From the NCBI GenBank assembly GCA_048937405.1, contig JBHLNF010000001.1, positions 128,001-192,000 on the forward strand: 64,000 bases of DNA. Reading direction: 5' to 3'. Made by a program: the position numbers and the translations under genes. Within the stretch, counting starts at the first letter, position 1. Each line of letters begins with the position of its first letter. The DNA is from Promethearchaeota archaeon. GTDB taxonomy: Archaea > Asgardarchaeota > Lokiarchaeia > Sigyniarchaeales > SOKP01. Under the pieces are notes generated by a model. The model made no database searches, was not told where the DNA came from, and was given only the letters and a program-made list of their open reading frames with translations. Below are positions 46,320 through 56,699 of the stretch, piece after piece.

Positions 46320-47594
46320 ATGGGTATAACCGAAGATAAATATAAAGTAGATGATAAAAAACTTCAAAAATTAACAGCAGAGAACAAAATTTCAGAACTT
46401 ATCCTTGAAGTAGATAATTTGAAAACTTATTTCTATACAGAAGAAGGTATTGTTAAAGCTGTTGATGGTGTATCATTTAAAATATATAAAGATGAAGTTT
46501 TGGGTCTTGTAGGTGAAACTGGCTGTGGTAAATCAGTTACAGCCCTTTCAATTTTACGTCTCGTAAGAGAACCTGGTAAAATAGTAGAAGGAAATATTTT
46601 TTATAAAGGAATTTCTCTATTAGATTTAACTGAGCAAGATATGAGAGAGCATCGTGGTAGGGATATAACAATGATTTTTCAAGATCCTTTAAATTCCCTT
46701 AATCCCGTTATTTCAATTGGAGATCAGATAAGGGAAGTATTTCAATTGCACCAAATAGATGAAATCAAGAAAGATTTGGATGATCGTTTATTAGAAAGAA
46801 GAAATAAGAGAATTGAAATAAAAGAAATTGCACAATATCTAAAGGAGAATAAGGAAGAACTTACCCCTGAAGAAAGAGAAATTAATTTAAAGAAGATTAA
46901 GGATCTTAAAAAACAAACCGTTCATATACCTCTTCTTAAAGATATTCTTTCCGAAAGAGCAGAAAAAATTATTACAGAAGTAGGAATTCCGGATGCTAAA
47001 GGTATTTTAAAAAGATATCCTCATGAATTAAGTGGTGGTATGAGACAACGGATTATGATTGCTATGGCTCTCTCTTGCAATCCTTCATTGTTAATTGCAG
47101 ATGAACCTACTACAGCGTTAGATGTTACTATTCAAGCTCAAATCCTTGATCTGATGAAAGAATTAATAAAGAAGTTCCAAACGTCAATTCTAATAATTAC
47201 ACATGATTTAGGAATTATAGCTGAATTGTGTGATAGGATTGCTGTGATGTACAGTGGAAATATTGTTGAATATGCAACATCTGAAAATTTATTTAAAAAT
47301 CCGCGACATCCCTATACAAAAGGTCTACTTGGTGCTATCCCTAGTATTGAAAAGAGAGATCAAGTATTGCAAACTATTCGAGGCATGGTCCCGAATTTAA
47401 TATATCCTCCATCTGGTTGCAGATTTCACCCACGTTGTGACTATAGGTTAGAAGTGTGTGATAAAATAAAACCAAAATTAACAGAAATTGGTGAAAAATA
47501 TTTTGTTGCTTGTCATCTCTTTGACCCAAAATATAAAGATTCACCAAAATATGAACTAACCAAGAAAGAGGAAATAGATTCATATAAAATATAA
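46320..47594 (+). CDS. dppD: peptide ABC transporter ATPase with charged insertion
   Basis: GETGCGKS, FQDP, YPHELSGGMRQR, DEPT, C-terminal GCRFHPRC...C...VACH; ATG 46320 (TTG 46290 possible). Confidence 0.92.
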   Translation: MGITEDKYKVDDKKLQKLTAENKISELILEVDNLKTYFYTEEGIVKAVDGVSFKIYKDEVLGLVGETGCGKSVTALSILRLVREPGKIVEGNIFYKGISLLDLTEQDMREHRGRDITMIFQDPLNSLNPVISIGDQIREVFQLHQIDEIKKDLDDRLLERRNKRIEIKEIAQYLKENKEELTPEEREINLKKIKDLKKQTVHIPLLKDILSERAEKIITEVGIPDAKGILKRYPHELSGGMRQRIMIAMALSCNPSLLIADEPTTALDVTIQAQILDLMKELIKKFQTSILIITHDLGIIAELCDRIAVMYSGNIVEYATSENLFKNPRHPYTKGLLGAIPSIEKRDQVLQTIRGMVPNLIYPPSGCRFHPRCDYRLEVCDKIKPKLTEIGEKYFVACHLFDPKYKDSPKYELTKKEEIDSYKI

Positions 47595-47631
47595 AAATAA
47601 TTAATAAATAAAATTAAATTTAAAAATAGAA

Positions 47632-48891
47632 ATGACTCTTGGAAAAGAAGAACTTAAATCTGATAAATTTAGAGTGCAAAAATCCTCTAAAAAAGAAGAT
47701 GAGGTTATCTTAACTGTAAGAAATCTTAAAACATATTATCCAATTTATGGTGGGTTATTTAAACGAAAAATTGGGGAGGTAAAAGCTGTTGATGGTGTTT
47801 CATTTAAACTTTACAAGAGAAAGACTTTAGGCTTAGTAGGAGAAAGTGGATGTGGGAAAACCACAATTGGTAATACTATTTTAAATCTCGTAGCTAATAA
47901 TGATGGTGAAATTTATTATGGAAATCGAAGGGTTGATCCAGGAAGAATTCAGCGAATATCTGAAAAACTTATTAGGAGATATAAAAAAATCTATCTTGCT
48001 TCCGTTATGAATATTTATAGGAAAAGACATAAAAAAATCAATGATTTTTTCGTTAAAACTCCACAATGGATAAAAAAACTTTATGTGAAGACAAAAATCA
48101 AAGGAAAAGAGATTTTTGAAGATTTTAAAGTTGAAAAATTCTTTAGAAAGAAAATTCAAATGGTTTTTCAAGATCCTGATTCATCTTTAAACCCTAGGTG
48201 GAAAATAGTGAATATTATTGGGGAACCTCTTCGACTTTTGGAAGGTATGACAAAAAGAACCGAAATTAGACACCGTGTTCTTGAATTATTAGAAACAGTA
48301 TCTATGAAAGCAGAACATTTAGATAGGTATCCTCATGAATTCTCAGGAGGTCAAAAACAAAGAATTGTAATAGCCAGAGCTTTAGCATGCAATCCAGAAA
48401 TTATAGTGTTAGATGAACCGACTTCAGCTCTAGATGTTTCTGTTCAAGCTCAAATATTAAATTTATTGAAAAACTTACAGAATATGTTTAATTTATCATA
48501 TCTTTTTATAACCCATGATTTAAGTGTAGTACAACATATTGCTGATGATATCCAAGTTATGTATTTAGGAAAATTTGTTGAAGGTGGTTCTATAGATGAA
48601 GTTTTCTATAATCCAACACATCCATATACTAGAGCCCTACTATCGGCTCGACCAACATTTGATCCAAGTTCAAAGAAAAATAGAATTATCTTAGAAGGTG
48701 ATGTACCAAGTCCAATCAATCCTCCCTCTGGATGTCCTTTCCATCCAAGATGTCAAGAAAAAGGAGAGCATGTTGGATGTGGTTTAGAAAATCCAATAAG
48801 AATTCCACTTGGAGGAACTCATTATATGATGTGTTTGCCGTTTAAAGGAGAGAAAAAATCATATAAAGGAATAAATTACATTTCTGATTAG
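47632..48891 (+). CDS. dppF: peptide ABC transporter ATPase with basic insertion
   Basis: GESGCGKT, FQDP, YPHEFSGGQKQR, DEPTSALDVS, GCPFHPRC. Confidence 0.92.
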   Translation: MTLGKEELKSDKFRVQKSSKKEDEVILTVRNLKTYYPIYGGLFKRKIGEVKAVDGVSFKLYKRKTLGLVGESGCGKTTIGNTILNLVANNDGEIYYGNRRVDPGRIQRISEKLIRRYKKIYLASVMNIYRKRHKKINDFFVKTPQWIKKLYVKTKIKGKEIFEDFKVEKFFRKKIQMVFQDPDSSLNPRWKIVNIIGEPLRLLEGMTKRTEIRHRVLELLETVSMKAEHLDRYPHEFSGGQKQRIVIARALACNPEIIVLDEPTSALDVSVQAQILNLLKNLQNMFNLSYLFITHDLSVVQHIADDIQVMYLGKFVEGGSIDEVFYNPTHPYTRALLSARPTFDPSSKKNRIILEGDVPSPINPPSGCPFHPRCQEKGEHVGCGLENPIRIPLGGTHYMMCLPFKGEKKSYKGINYISD

Positions 48892-49211
48892 TACTATTAC
48901 TATTTCACTTTTTTTTTACAATTTGTTTTCTTTAAATTTTTCAAATTCCCATTAAGTGCCAATTTACAATTGTGAAAGTATAGAAATTAAGTTAAATAAT
49001 ATTTTTTTTTTAAATGATGACTTTTATAAATTCTAGAGTCTTTGTCTTTATATCTTCATCTTAGATTATGCTAAATGATTATCAACATTAATCAGGTTAG
49101 CAGGTTATGAAAAATAATTCGATAAGAAAAAAAAACTTATAAAATTAAATTAAAGCTTTTCATTTCGAAACAAAAAGTTAAAAATAAAATTTTGAATTTT
49201 CTATTTTATCT

Positions 49212-50411
49212 ATGACTGAAAAATCGCGAATATATGTAATTAAAACTTCTCCAAAAACTGTTCTTGAAGATTATGGAAAATTAATGCATTTATCCAAATA
49301 TCAAAATTATTTCCCTAAAGATCTTAAAACAATTATTAAACTCAATCTTAGCTGGTCTAAATTCTATCCTTCATGTTCTAGTCCACCATGGCAAGTAGAA
49401 GGAGTACTTAAAACAATGATTGAAGATGGTTATGATCATCGTAATCTTTTTACAGCTGAAAACCGCACTGTTGTTACCAATATTTCGAAAGGTATTACCC
49501 AAAATCGCTGGAGTCCAATTATTCAAAAATATGGTGCTTGGTTTGTACCTTTAACTAAAGTTCCTTTTACTTCATACAATGATGATTTAAGATCAAAATT
49601 TGAGACATTAAGAGATAAAGAATTACATGTTTTAGATTCAAAAATATTTCCAAAAGGATTTAAAATACCAAAATTTTACTTAGGAAAACCTATAATTCAC
49701 TTACCAACCATGAAAACGCATGGGCATACAGGATCTATTGGAGGGTCTTTAAAGAATACAGTTGATGATTCGAGGAATGGAGGAATTACATGCGCCATGA
49801 AAAATGCATTTGGTGGATTGCTAACAAAACGAAGACACTTTTCTCATCAATATATGAGTGAGGTATTGGTAGATTTACTGATAATCCAAAAACAGATACA
49901 TCCTGCAATAATGTCGATTGTAGATGGAACAGTTTGTGGTGATGGTGCGGGACCGAGAACCATGATACCACGAATTAAAAATTATTTGCTTGCTGGGTAT
50001 GACCAAGTGGCAATCGATACTGTTGTTGCTAAAATGTTAGGATTTAATCCTTTAGACTTACCTGCTATAAAAATCGCTCATGACGAAGGTTTAGGATGTG
50101 GAGATTTTGATCAAATTGAAATTATTGGGGAAAATATCTCTCATGTTAACTGGAAATTTAGAGTTAAAAGAAGTTTGGTAATTTGGGGTGATCAGATGGT
50201 AAGAAAAGGTAAGCTCTCTTTTTTACATCCATTATTCCATAACAAACTGTTTATGGCTTTACCCATATTAGGCTCCTTAATATATCACGATATGTTTTGG
50301 TATCCTACAATAGGTAAAAAAAGAATTAAACAGTTCATGAAAACTGACTGGGGAAAGATGTTTGAGAATTACCCTACAGAATCTTTAGGGACAATAAACA
50401 AATTTAATTAA
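49212..50411 (+). CDS. DUF362 domain protein
   Basis: KLNLSW, PTMKTH, TCAMKNAFGG, VDGTVCGDGAGP, DQVAID. Confidence 0.8.
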   Translation: MTEKSRIYVIKTSPKTVLEDYGKLMHLSKYQNYFPKDLKTIIKLNLSWSKFYPSCSSPPWQVEGVLKTMIEDGYDHRNLFTAENRTVVTNISKGITQNRWSPIIQKYGAWFVPLTKVPFTSYNDDLRSKFETLRDKELHVLDSKIFPKGFKIPKFYLGKPIIHLPTMKTHGHTGSIGGSLKNTVDDSRNGGITCAMKNAFGGLLTKRRHFSHQYMSEVLVDLLIIQKQIHPAIMSIVDGTVCGDGAGPRTMIPRIKNYLLAGYDQVAIDTVVAKMLGFNPLDLPAIKIAHDEGLGCGDFDQIEIIGENISHVNWKFRVKRSLVIWGDQMVRKGKLSFLHPLFHNKLFMALPILGSLIYHDMFWYPTIGKKRIKQFMKTDWGKMFENYPTESLGTINKFN

Positions 50412-51190
50412 AGAATCTCTTTTATTGCCTTTTTATAATCAAACTTATTGTCTTTTTTATGAATTTTATAATAAATTAAGAATTCGATAGATCCTCCCTT
50501 TCCTAAGAGTGGAGAACTTTTTATTCCATAAGGAAATATATTGTTTTTTATACTCCATTCTATCAATTCTTTAAGTATATTAGAGAGAATTCTGGAATCT
50601 CTAATAATTTTAAATTTTTTTTCTTTTTGAAATTGAGTTTCAAAAAGAGGTTTTATTAATGCAATTATAATTCCTTTTTTTCTAAGAAAGTTTTTTACAT
50701 TTGGAAGGATTTCTCTTAAAGAAGTAAAAGTAGTATCAATCGTACAAACATCAATTTTTTCCTCCATTTCTATTTTATTACGGGCATCAACACCAACCAT
50801 CGGAATCACAATTTTTTTCATCTTCTCAATTCTCAATAACGGATGTAATAAATCAATCGCTGTATCTATTGCATATACTTTACGAGCACCACTTTTTATT
50901 AAACAATCTGTAAAGCCTCCAACAGATGCTCCAATATCCGCACAAACTTTATCCTTAACTGAAATTGAGAAAAATTTTAACGCGGATTCTAATTTCAGAC
51001 CTCCTCGTCCAACGTACGGAAATTTTTTTAGCAAATGAATTTCAAGAGAATCGTCTACTCGCTTTCCAGGCTTTGTTATTTTTTTACCATTAATAACTAC
51101 ATAGCCGTTCATAATGAGCCATTGTGCTTTAGTTCTACTTTCAACTAAGCCTCTATCAACTAATACAACATCAATCCGTTCCTTCATCAA
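50408..51190 (-). CDS. tlyA: TlyA family rRNA 2'-O-methyltransferase (S4 + FtsJ-like)
   Basis: RIDVVLVDRGLVESRTKA, YVGRGGLKL, DIGASVGGFTDCL, LIKPLFE, SPLLG..GSIEF. Confidence 0.88.
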   Translation of the reverse strand: MMKERIDVVLVDRGLVESRTKAQWLIMNGYVVINGKKITKPGKRVDDSLEIHLLKKFPYVGRGGLKLESALKFFSISVKDKVCADIGASVGGFTDCLIKSGARKVYAIDTAIDLLHPLLRIEKMKKIVIPMVGVDARNKIEMEEKIDVCTIDTTFTSLREILPNVKNFLRKKGIIIALIKPLFETQFQKEKKFKIIRDSRILSNILKELIEWSIKNNIFPYGIKSSPLLGKGGSIEFLIYYKIHKKDNKFDYKKAIKEIL

Positions 51191-52304
51191 ACTTCTTTCT
51201 TATAGGATTATTATATGTTTTTTCATAGATTATCAATGATATTTTTTTACTGATTTTACTTATTTGCACTTTAATAGACAAAATACCTCCCCATCTTTTA
51301 TAAATTGCTCTAAACAATAAACCAATAGCAAAAAATGTGGCTGTTATAAAAAACCAAATATTAATAGGATTCAATCGATTCAAAAATAAAAAATACAATA
51401 GATTATGAGAAACATATAAAGTAAATGAATAATATGAATAATAAAATAATAATTTATAACTTTTTTCTGTATTAATCAGATTTAATATTTCAAATATTAA
51501 TAATACAGAAAATAATGTTAATTCAATACCCAAAGCATAAATTATCCAAGAAAAAGTTCTTCGATTTAAGAACTTAGGAAAACTAATAAACACCCCAAGG
51601 ATAATAAATAAGATACCAATTACTAAGAGTAAAAATAAATCCTTATACCTTAAAACTCTATTTTCAATTTTTTCATTTTGATTTGTATAAAAAACATTAA
51701 AAATTGTATCTCCAACTACGGTCCCAAATAGGAAAAAAGGGTAAAAAGTTAATATTGGATCTTGATGGATATCATGATATAAGATATGAAATATTAATCC
51801 ATATAAATTTGCTTCACCTTCATATTCTAATAATAGTGATACCAGTATTTGATTTAAAATCATGACAATAAAACCAAAACTTATTCTAAAAATCCTTGAA
51901 GTCTTTAAAAGTGGCAATGTAATGATTAGAGATACTGCTGTTGTTAACAATACATACCAGGTCCATATCCAGGTAAGATCATTTAAACTCAAAGAAATTA
52001 ATATATTATAAATTATTGCTATCGCAAAAATAAAAAAAGCTCGAAGAATGTAAGTATTTCTTATTATACTTGGATTTAACTGATTAAATTTACTAGTTTC
52101 AATAATTTTATTCCTATATGATAGTGTAATACTTATTCCTGATATAAATAGAAAACCAGAGGCGCCAATAGGATCAAATATCATTTTTGTAAAGCTATTT
52201 ATACTAGAATAATCATTTTTTAACCACCAATCTATTAAATGAGTTAAAATCATCCAAGCCATACATAATCCGCGAAAAATATCAATGCTTTTTAATCTCT
52301 TCAT
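51171..52304 (-). CDS. DUF1624/HGSNAT-like membrane acyltransferase
   Basis: RLKSIDIFRGL..WMI..H, FLFISG.S; multi-TM. Confidence 0.78.
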   Translation of the reverse strand: MKRLKSIDIFRGLCMAWMILTHLIDWWLKNDYSSINSFTKMIFDPIGASGFLFISGISITLSYRNKIIETSKFNQLNPSIIRNTYILRAFFIFAIAIIYNILISLSLNDLTWIWTWYVLLTTAVSLIITLPLLKTSRIFRISFGFIVMILNQILVSLLLEYEGEANLYGLIFHILYHDIHQDPILTFYPFFLFGTVVGDTIFNVFYTNQNEKIENRVLRYKDLFLLLVIGILFIILGVFISFPKFLNRRTFSWIIYALGIELTLFSVLLIFEILNLINTEKSYKLLFYYSYYSFTLYVSHNLLYFLFLNRLNPINIWFFITATFFAIGLLFRAIYKRWGGILSIKVQISKISKKISLIIYEKTYNNPIRKKFDEGTD

Positions 52305-52385
52305 AAATATTCCAAATTGTTGAGATACCGACTAATTAATATATACAAAAATCAGGAAAACATAATAGATTAACCAATTATCATT

Positions 52386-53234
52386 TTATTCTTTTGTAAT
52401 TTCATGAAGAATTGCTGATGATTCACTGAGAGAAATTTCACCATCTAAAATTTTATCTATTAATTCCTGTAATGTGTTTAAATTATCAACATAATTAATA
52501 TTCTCTTTATGATTGCTCTTTTTATAATTAGGTACCTTACTCTGTTTAAATAATGATAAATAATTCAATTGTGTAATTTCAACACCCTTCCTCAGTGCTA
52601 AAATTAAAGCCGAAATCTCATGCTTTGTTTTTACTCTCTTTTTATAATCCTTGATTTTAATTTTTGATGATTTAGTTTCATCAATTAGATATAGTCTCAT
52701 TTTTTTCCTTAAATGAAATAAATCAAGAATAAAATCTACAAGTTCGTATGTTAAAGATAAAACGCCACTTCCAAATTTAAACTTTAACATCATCAAATTT
52801 GGATTATCATCTTGGAAATAATATACAATATCTTTAATTAATTTTATAAAATCATTTTTATCATAGAAAGTGTCAGAGATTAAAAAAAAATTATCTAAAA
52901 ATATAACAATTCCAATTTTTTTTGATCCAGGATCTACAGAAAATACTATTTCCGAATATCTTTTTTTATATCCTACTCGGTATGCCGCTAAAACTTTAAA
53001 AATATAATTGTAAAAATTATTTCCTTCTGAATAAGGGAGAATTTCTAATTTTTCTGGAATATTTTTAAATTTTAATGCCTCCTTAAAAGTAGTCAATATT
53101 AAAGAGGGAACTTTTGGATTTTTAATCTTAAGATTTAAAATTTCAAACTTAATATTCAGGCGATTTAGTTCCTTGTTTAATTTATAAAAAAAATTTAAAT
53201 CTTCAGTACTAACATATAAAATTTTATTTCTCAA
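52386..53234 (-). CDS. RNase H-like (YqgF/RuvX-type) domain protein
   Basis: SVDPGSKKIGIV, IDETKSS, HEISALILA. Confidence 0.6.
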   Translation of the reverse strand: MRNKILYVSTEDLNFFYKLNKELNRLNIKFEILNLKIKNPKVPSLILTTFKEALKFKNIPEKLEILPYSEGNNFYNYIFKVLAAYRVGYKKRYSEIVFSVDPGSKKIGIVIFLDNFFLISDTFYDKNDFIKLIKDIVYYFQDDNPNLMMLKFKFGSGVLSLTYELVDFILDLFHLRKKMRLYLIDETKSSKIKIKDYKKRVKTKHEISALILALRKGVEITQLNYLSLFKQSKVPNYKKSNHKENINYVDNLNTLQELIDKILDGEISLSESSAILHEITKE

Positions 53235-53278
53235 ATTATAATTATAAATATTAGATAAAATTAATAATTTCTAAATAC

Positions 53279-53971
53279 ATGAAATTTCCAACATTAGAGT
53301 TAAATAAGTATTTTAATTCCATCGACTCTTTTCAAGGTATTTTTTCTGTATTTGGGGATTTTGGCACCGGAAAAACTACATTTAGTCTCCAAACTGCTAT
53401 AAATTCAGCTGAAATTGATAAATCTGTTATTTATATTTTTACTAAACCTAATTTCCCCTATGAAAAAATTAAATTAATTTGCAAATTCTCAAAACAAATT
53501 GAAAAGAAAATTCACTTTATTCATACTCTAAATTTTAGAGAATTATATAGATTAATCTTCAATTTAGAATTTTTAATATTAGAATATTTAACCCAGAATA
53601 AGCCAAGATTTAATCTAATTGTTATTGATTCAATAACCAATTTGTATAGATTAGAACTAAACAACGATAATAAAGAAAAAAATTATAGCTTGAACTATCA
53701 ATTAAATCAAATGTTGGCCAATCTAGCATATCTTAATGAAAAATATTTTATTGATGTTTTAATTGTTAATGAACTAAATATAAAAAGGATTGAAAATCAA
53801 ACTATTGAGATTCAAAGTGGTGGAAAGGTCATGGAATTTTGGGCAAAATATTTATTGAAAATTACTAAAACTCAAATATTAAATGAGAGAAAATTTTTAT
53901 TTACAAATACCGCTAAACAATACTCTTTAGAATTTACCTCAAGTTTAGGAGAACAAGGATTTAAGAAATAA
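53279..53971 (+). CDS. RadB-like RecA-superfamily ATPase
   Basis: GDFGTGKT, LIVIDSITNLYR, GGKVMEFW. Confidence 0.75.
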   Translation: MKFPTLELNKYFNSIDSFQGIFSVFGDFGTGKTTFSLQTAINSAEIDKSVIYIFTKPNFPYEKIKLICKFSKQIEKKIHFIHTLNFRELYRLIFNLEFLILEYLTQNKPRFNLIVIDSITNLYRLELNNDNKEKNYSLNYQLNQMLANLAYLNEKYFIDVLIVNELNIKRIENQTIEIQSGGKVMEFWAKYLLKITKTQILNERKFLFTNTAKQYSLEFTSSLGEQGFKK

Positions 53972-54014
53972 ATTTTGCCAAATATTTACTAACTCTATAA
54001 TTATTGATGATTAT

Positions 54015-55244
54015 TTGATTATGTTAAAAAAAAATCTAACTTTAATTAAAGAAGGTTCAGTAAAATTTTACATTTATAATATTGATGAAGGACAAATCCC
54101 TTCAAAATCAATGAATACCTTTTATAATAAAAGAATGGAGATTAATCGAGATATATCAACTTTAGCTATCAATGCCTATACCGATTTGTATCAACAAAAA
54201 AACCTGATTATTATTGATTCTATGGCAGCATCAGGAATAAGCTCTATTAGGATATTGAGAGAATGTAAAAACGCAAAGAAAATCTTTATCAATGATATTA
54301 ATCCTGAAGCTATTAGAATTATAAAAAAAAACATTAAATTGAACAGTCTTAATCATTCCCCAATTAAAATTATAATTTCCAGAAAAGATGCCAATTTCCT
54401 ATTTTCTGAAATCGCAAGTAAAAAATGCAAGAATTTAGATGAAATGCAAGAATCACCAAATGTTATTTCAATAGATCCGTTTGGAACACCAAACCTTTAT
54501 ATTGACTCTGCCTTCAAAACAATACAAAAAAGAAATGGCTTAATGTGCATTACAGCTACAGACACTGCTGTTTTATTTGGAATTCGTCCCGATGTTTGTA
54601 TTAGGAAATATTTTGCAAAACCGCTCCATAATGAGTATTGCAAAGAAATTGGGAGTCGTATTTTAGTCTATTTTATCTCTAGAATAGCTAACCTTAATAA
54701 AATAGGAATAATTCCTCTTTTAACTTTCTATTCTGGTCATTTTATCAGAATTTTCTGTTTAACTTTTAAAAATAAAAGAAAAATTACCGAATCTTTTGGA
54801 AATATTGGTTATATTATCCATTGCAAGAATTGTGGATATAGATCTTCATTTAGAAATAATATTTTAGAGATACCCAAGGAATGCCCACTATGTTTAAATA
54901 AAAAAACTCTTGATTATGCAGGACCTTTATGGATAGATAAAATTCATAATTTGAATTTTATCAAAAAGATGTTGTATTTAAATGAAAACTCTAAATTCCA
55001 AAATAAAAAAAGAATTGGAAAACTTTTGTCATTTATTGCAGAAGAAAATAATATGCCAGTTTCATACTATAACATTCATATTCTATGTCAAAATTTAGGA
55101 CTTACTTCAATTCCTAAAATTCAAGATATCATAGAGACAATTGAGAAAATAGGGTATCAAAGTTCTAGGACTCATTTTAATTTTTTATCAATAAAAACCA
55201 ATTTAGATTTGAATACTTTAAAGAAATTATTGATTGATATTTAA
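54015..55244 (+). CDS. trm1: tRNA (guanine26-N2)-dimethyltransferase
   Basis: FYNKRMEINRD, DSMAASGI, NDINP, IDPFGTP, TATD.AVL, CxxC..CxxC, AGPLW, RTHF. Confidence 0.93.
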   Translation: MIMLKKNLTLIKEGSVKFYIYNIDEGQIPSKSMNTFYNKRMEINRDISTLAINAYTDLYQQKNLIIIDSMAASGISSIRILRECKNAKKIFINDINPEAIRIIKKNIKLNSLNHSPIKIIISRKDANFLFSEIASKKCKNLDEMQESPNVISIDPFGTPNLYIDSAFKTIQKRNGLMCITATDTAVLFGIRPDVCIRKYFAKPLHNEYCKEIGSRILVYFISRIANLNKIGIIPLLTFYSGHFIRIFCLTFKNKRKITESFGNIGYIIHCKNCGYRSSFRNNILEIPKECPLCLNKKTLDYAGPLWIDKIHNLNFIKKMLYLNENSKFQNKKRIGKLLSFIAEENNMPVSYYNIHILCQNLGLTSIPKIQDIIETIEKIGYQSSRTHFNFLSIKTNLDLNTLKKLLIDI

Positions 55245-55264
55245 GAGTTATAGATGATTATAAA

Positions 55265-55903
55265 ATGGCAAAAAATCGAGAATCTCACAAGAAAGAACAG
55301 TTTTACAGACAAGCTAAAAAAGATGGGTACCGTGCAAGGTCTGCATATAAATTATTTGATATTCAAAAAAAATATAATATTTTTAAAAGAGCTTTTTACA
55401 TACTTGATATCGGATGTGCCCCTGGTTCATGGTTACAGGTAGAAAAAAAATTTGCTGAAGAAAATGTAATAAAATACAATGATCAATATTATTACCATGA
55501 TCACTTTAAAATAATGGGAATAGATATTGTGAATACATCCCCTATTGAAGATGTTCGTATAATTAAAGCAGATATTACAAAGCCAGAAATCCAAGAAGAG
55601 TTGGATGCTTTTTTTCATAGTAAATTAGATTTGATATTGTCTGATGCATCTATAAAAAAAACTGGTAATAAATTCACTGATCATTTAAGACAATTAGCTC
55701 TATGTTATAAAATATTAGAGTTAGCTCTCAACAATCTAAAATTTAAAGGGAATTTAGTAATTAAACTGTTCCAAGGTGCTGATTTTGATAAATTTTATCA
55801 AAACATAAAGCCATTCTTTAAAATTGTAAAAGCTTATAAACCAATATCTTCCAAAAAGAAAAGTAATGAGATTTTCCTAGTTGGTTTAAAAAAAAAACAC
55901 TAA
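55265..55903 (+). CDS. rlmE: 23S rRNA Um2552 methyltransferase RlmE/FtsJ
   Basis: AKKDGYRARSAYKL, DIGCAPGSWLQ, SDA, KLFQG, KP.SS...S.E. Confidence 0.93.
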   Translation: MAKNRESHKKEQFYRQAKKDGYRARSAYKLFDIQKKYNIFKRAFYILDIGCAPGSWLQVEKKFAEENVIKYNDQYYYHDHFKIMGIDIVNTSPIEDVRIIKADITKPEIQEELDAFFHSKLDLILSDASIKKTGNKFTDHLRQLALCYKILELALNNLKFKGNLVIKLFQGADFDKFYQNIKPFFKIVKAYKPISSKKKSNEIFLVGLKKKH

Positions 55904-56511
55904 ATATCTTGCAATCGAGCTTCGATATCATCAAAATTAATTTCATAATCCTCATCTCGCGAACTGGTATTAATCCATTCAGTTAACCATTCACAATGTT
56001 GAGGATTAAAATTATCTAGATTTGTGTCATTACACTTATCCCTAAAGGGGCATATGAAACAAGGTTGCCTAGAAAACATGTTCCAAATAAAATCTTTATT
56101 CTTTTTATTAATTTTTAGTTCTTTAGCCTTAATATCAATGTCCTCAAGAGCAAATATATGTTTAGTCCAAGAGGCGTCAATTAATTCTCGAATCATTTTG
56201 ATTTTTGATTGTAATGTTAAAATATCTAAAATATTTTCCAAATCACTACGTTTTTTTTTAGTCAGTTCTAAAAGTCTGCTAAATAATATATCTTTTTCAC
56301 GATTTATGATATTTAGTATCATTTTTTCATCTTTTTTTAAGGAACGATTGAATTCTTTCTTTTTTTCCTCTATTCTTTCAATTCTTCTTTCCACATCAGA
56401 TTTTTCCTCTAAAGGACCTTCAACATGTTCTTTTATTTTGCATTTATGACGCGATAAATAAGCAAAACCCTTTCCACAATAAGGGCAAATTTCCTTTTTT
56501 TTTTTTGCCAT
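55900..56511 (-). CDS. TFE-beta/RPC34-like protein (winged helix + [4Fe-4S] motif) with N-terminal zinc finger
   Basis: C-term PCFICPFRDKC...NPQHCEWLTEW matches the C34/TFE-beta Fe-S motif; N-term CPYCGKGFAYLSRHKC. Confidence 0.7.
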   Translation of the reverse strand: MAKKKKEICPYCGKGFAYLSRHKCKIKEHVEGPLEEKSDVERRIERIEEKKKEFNRSLKKDEKMILNIINREKDILFSRLLELTKKKRSDLENILDILTLQSKIKMIRELIDASWTKHIFALEDIDIKAKELKINKKNKDFIWNMFSRQPCFICPFRDKCNDTNLDNFNPQHCEWLTEWINTSSRDEDYEINFDDIEARLQDI

Positions 56512-56699
56512 TGTAATGATTTAGTTTATTTTATTATAATAAATTTAACTATCAAAATTAAAAGGACTATAATATTATCATTATGAATATTTTAAAATTA
56601 ATTTTATGCTTTTTCGAGAATTAACATAAAAATTATCAATAATTTTAATATTCTAATTTTAAATTGTATTTATACTATTAAGATCATTAATACATAACA

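Noticed and set aside
46454-47808. Near-identical 27-nt stretch AAAGCTGTTGATGGTGT.TCATTTAAA in two places
   Set aside because: Encodes the conserved KAVDGVSFK motif of the paralogs DppD and DppF
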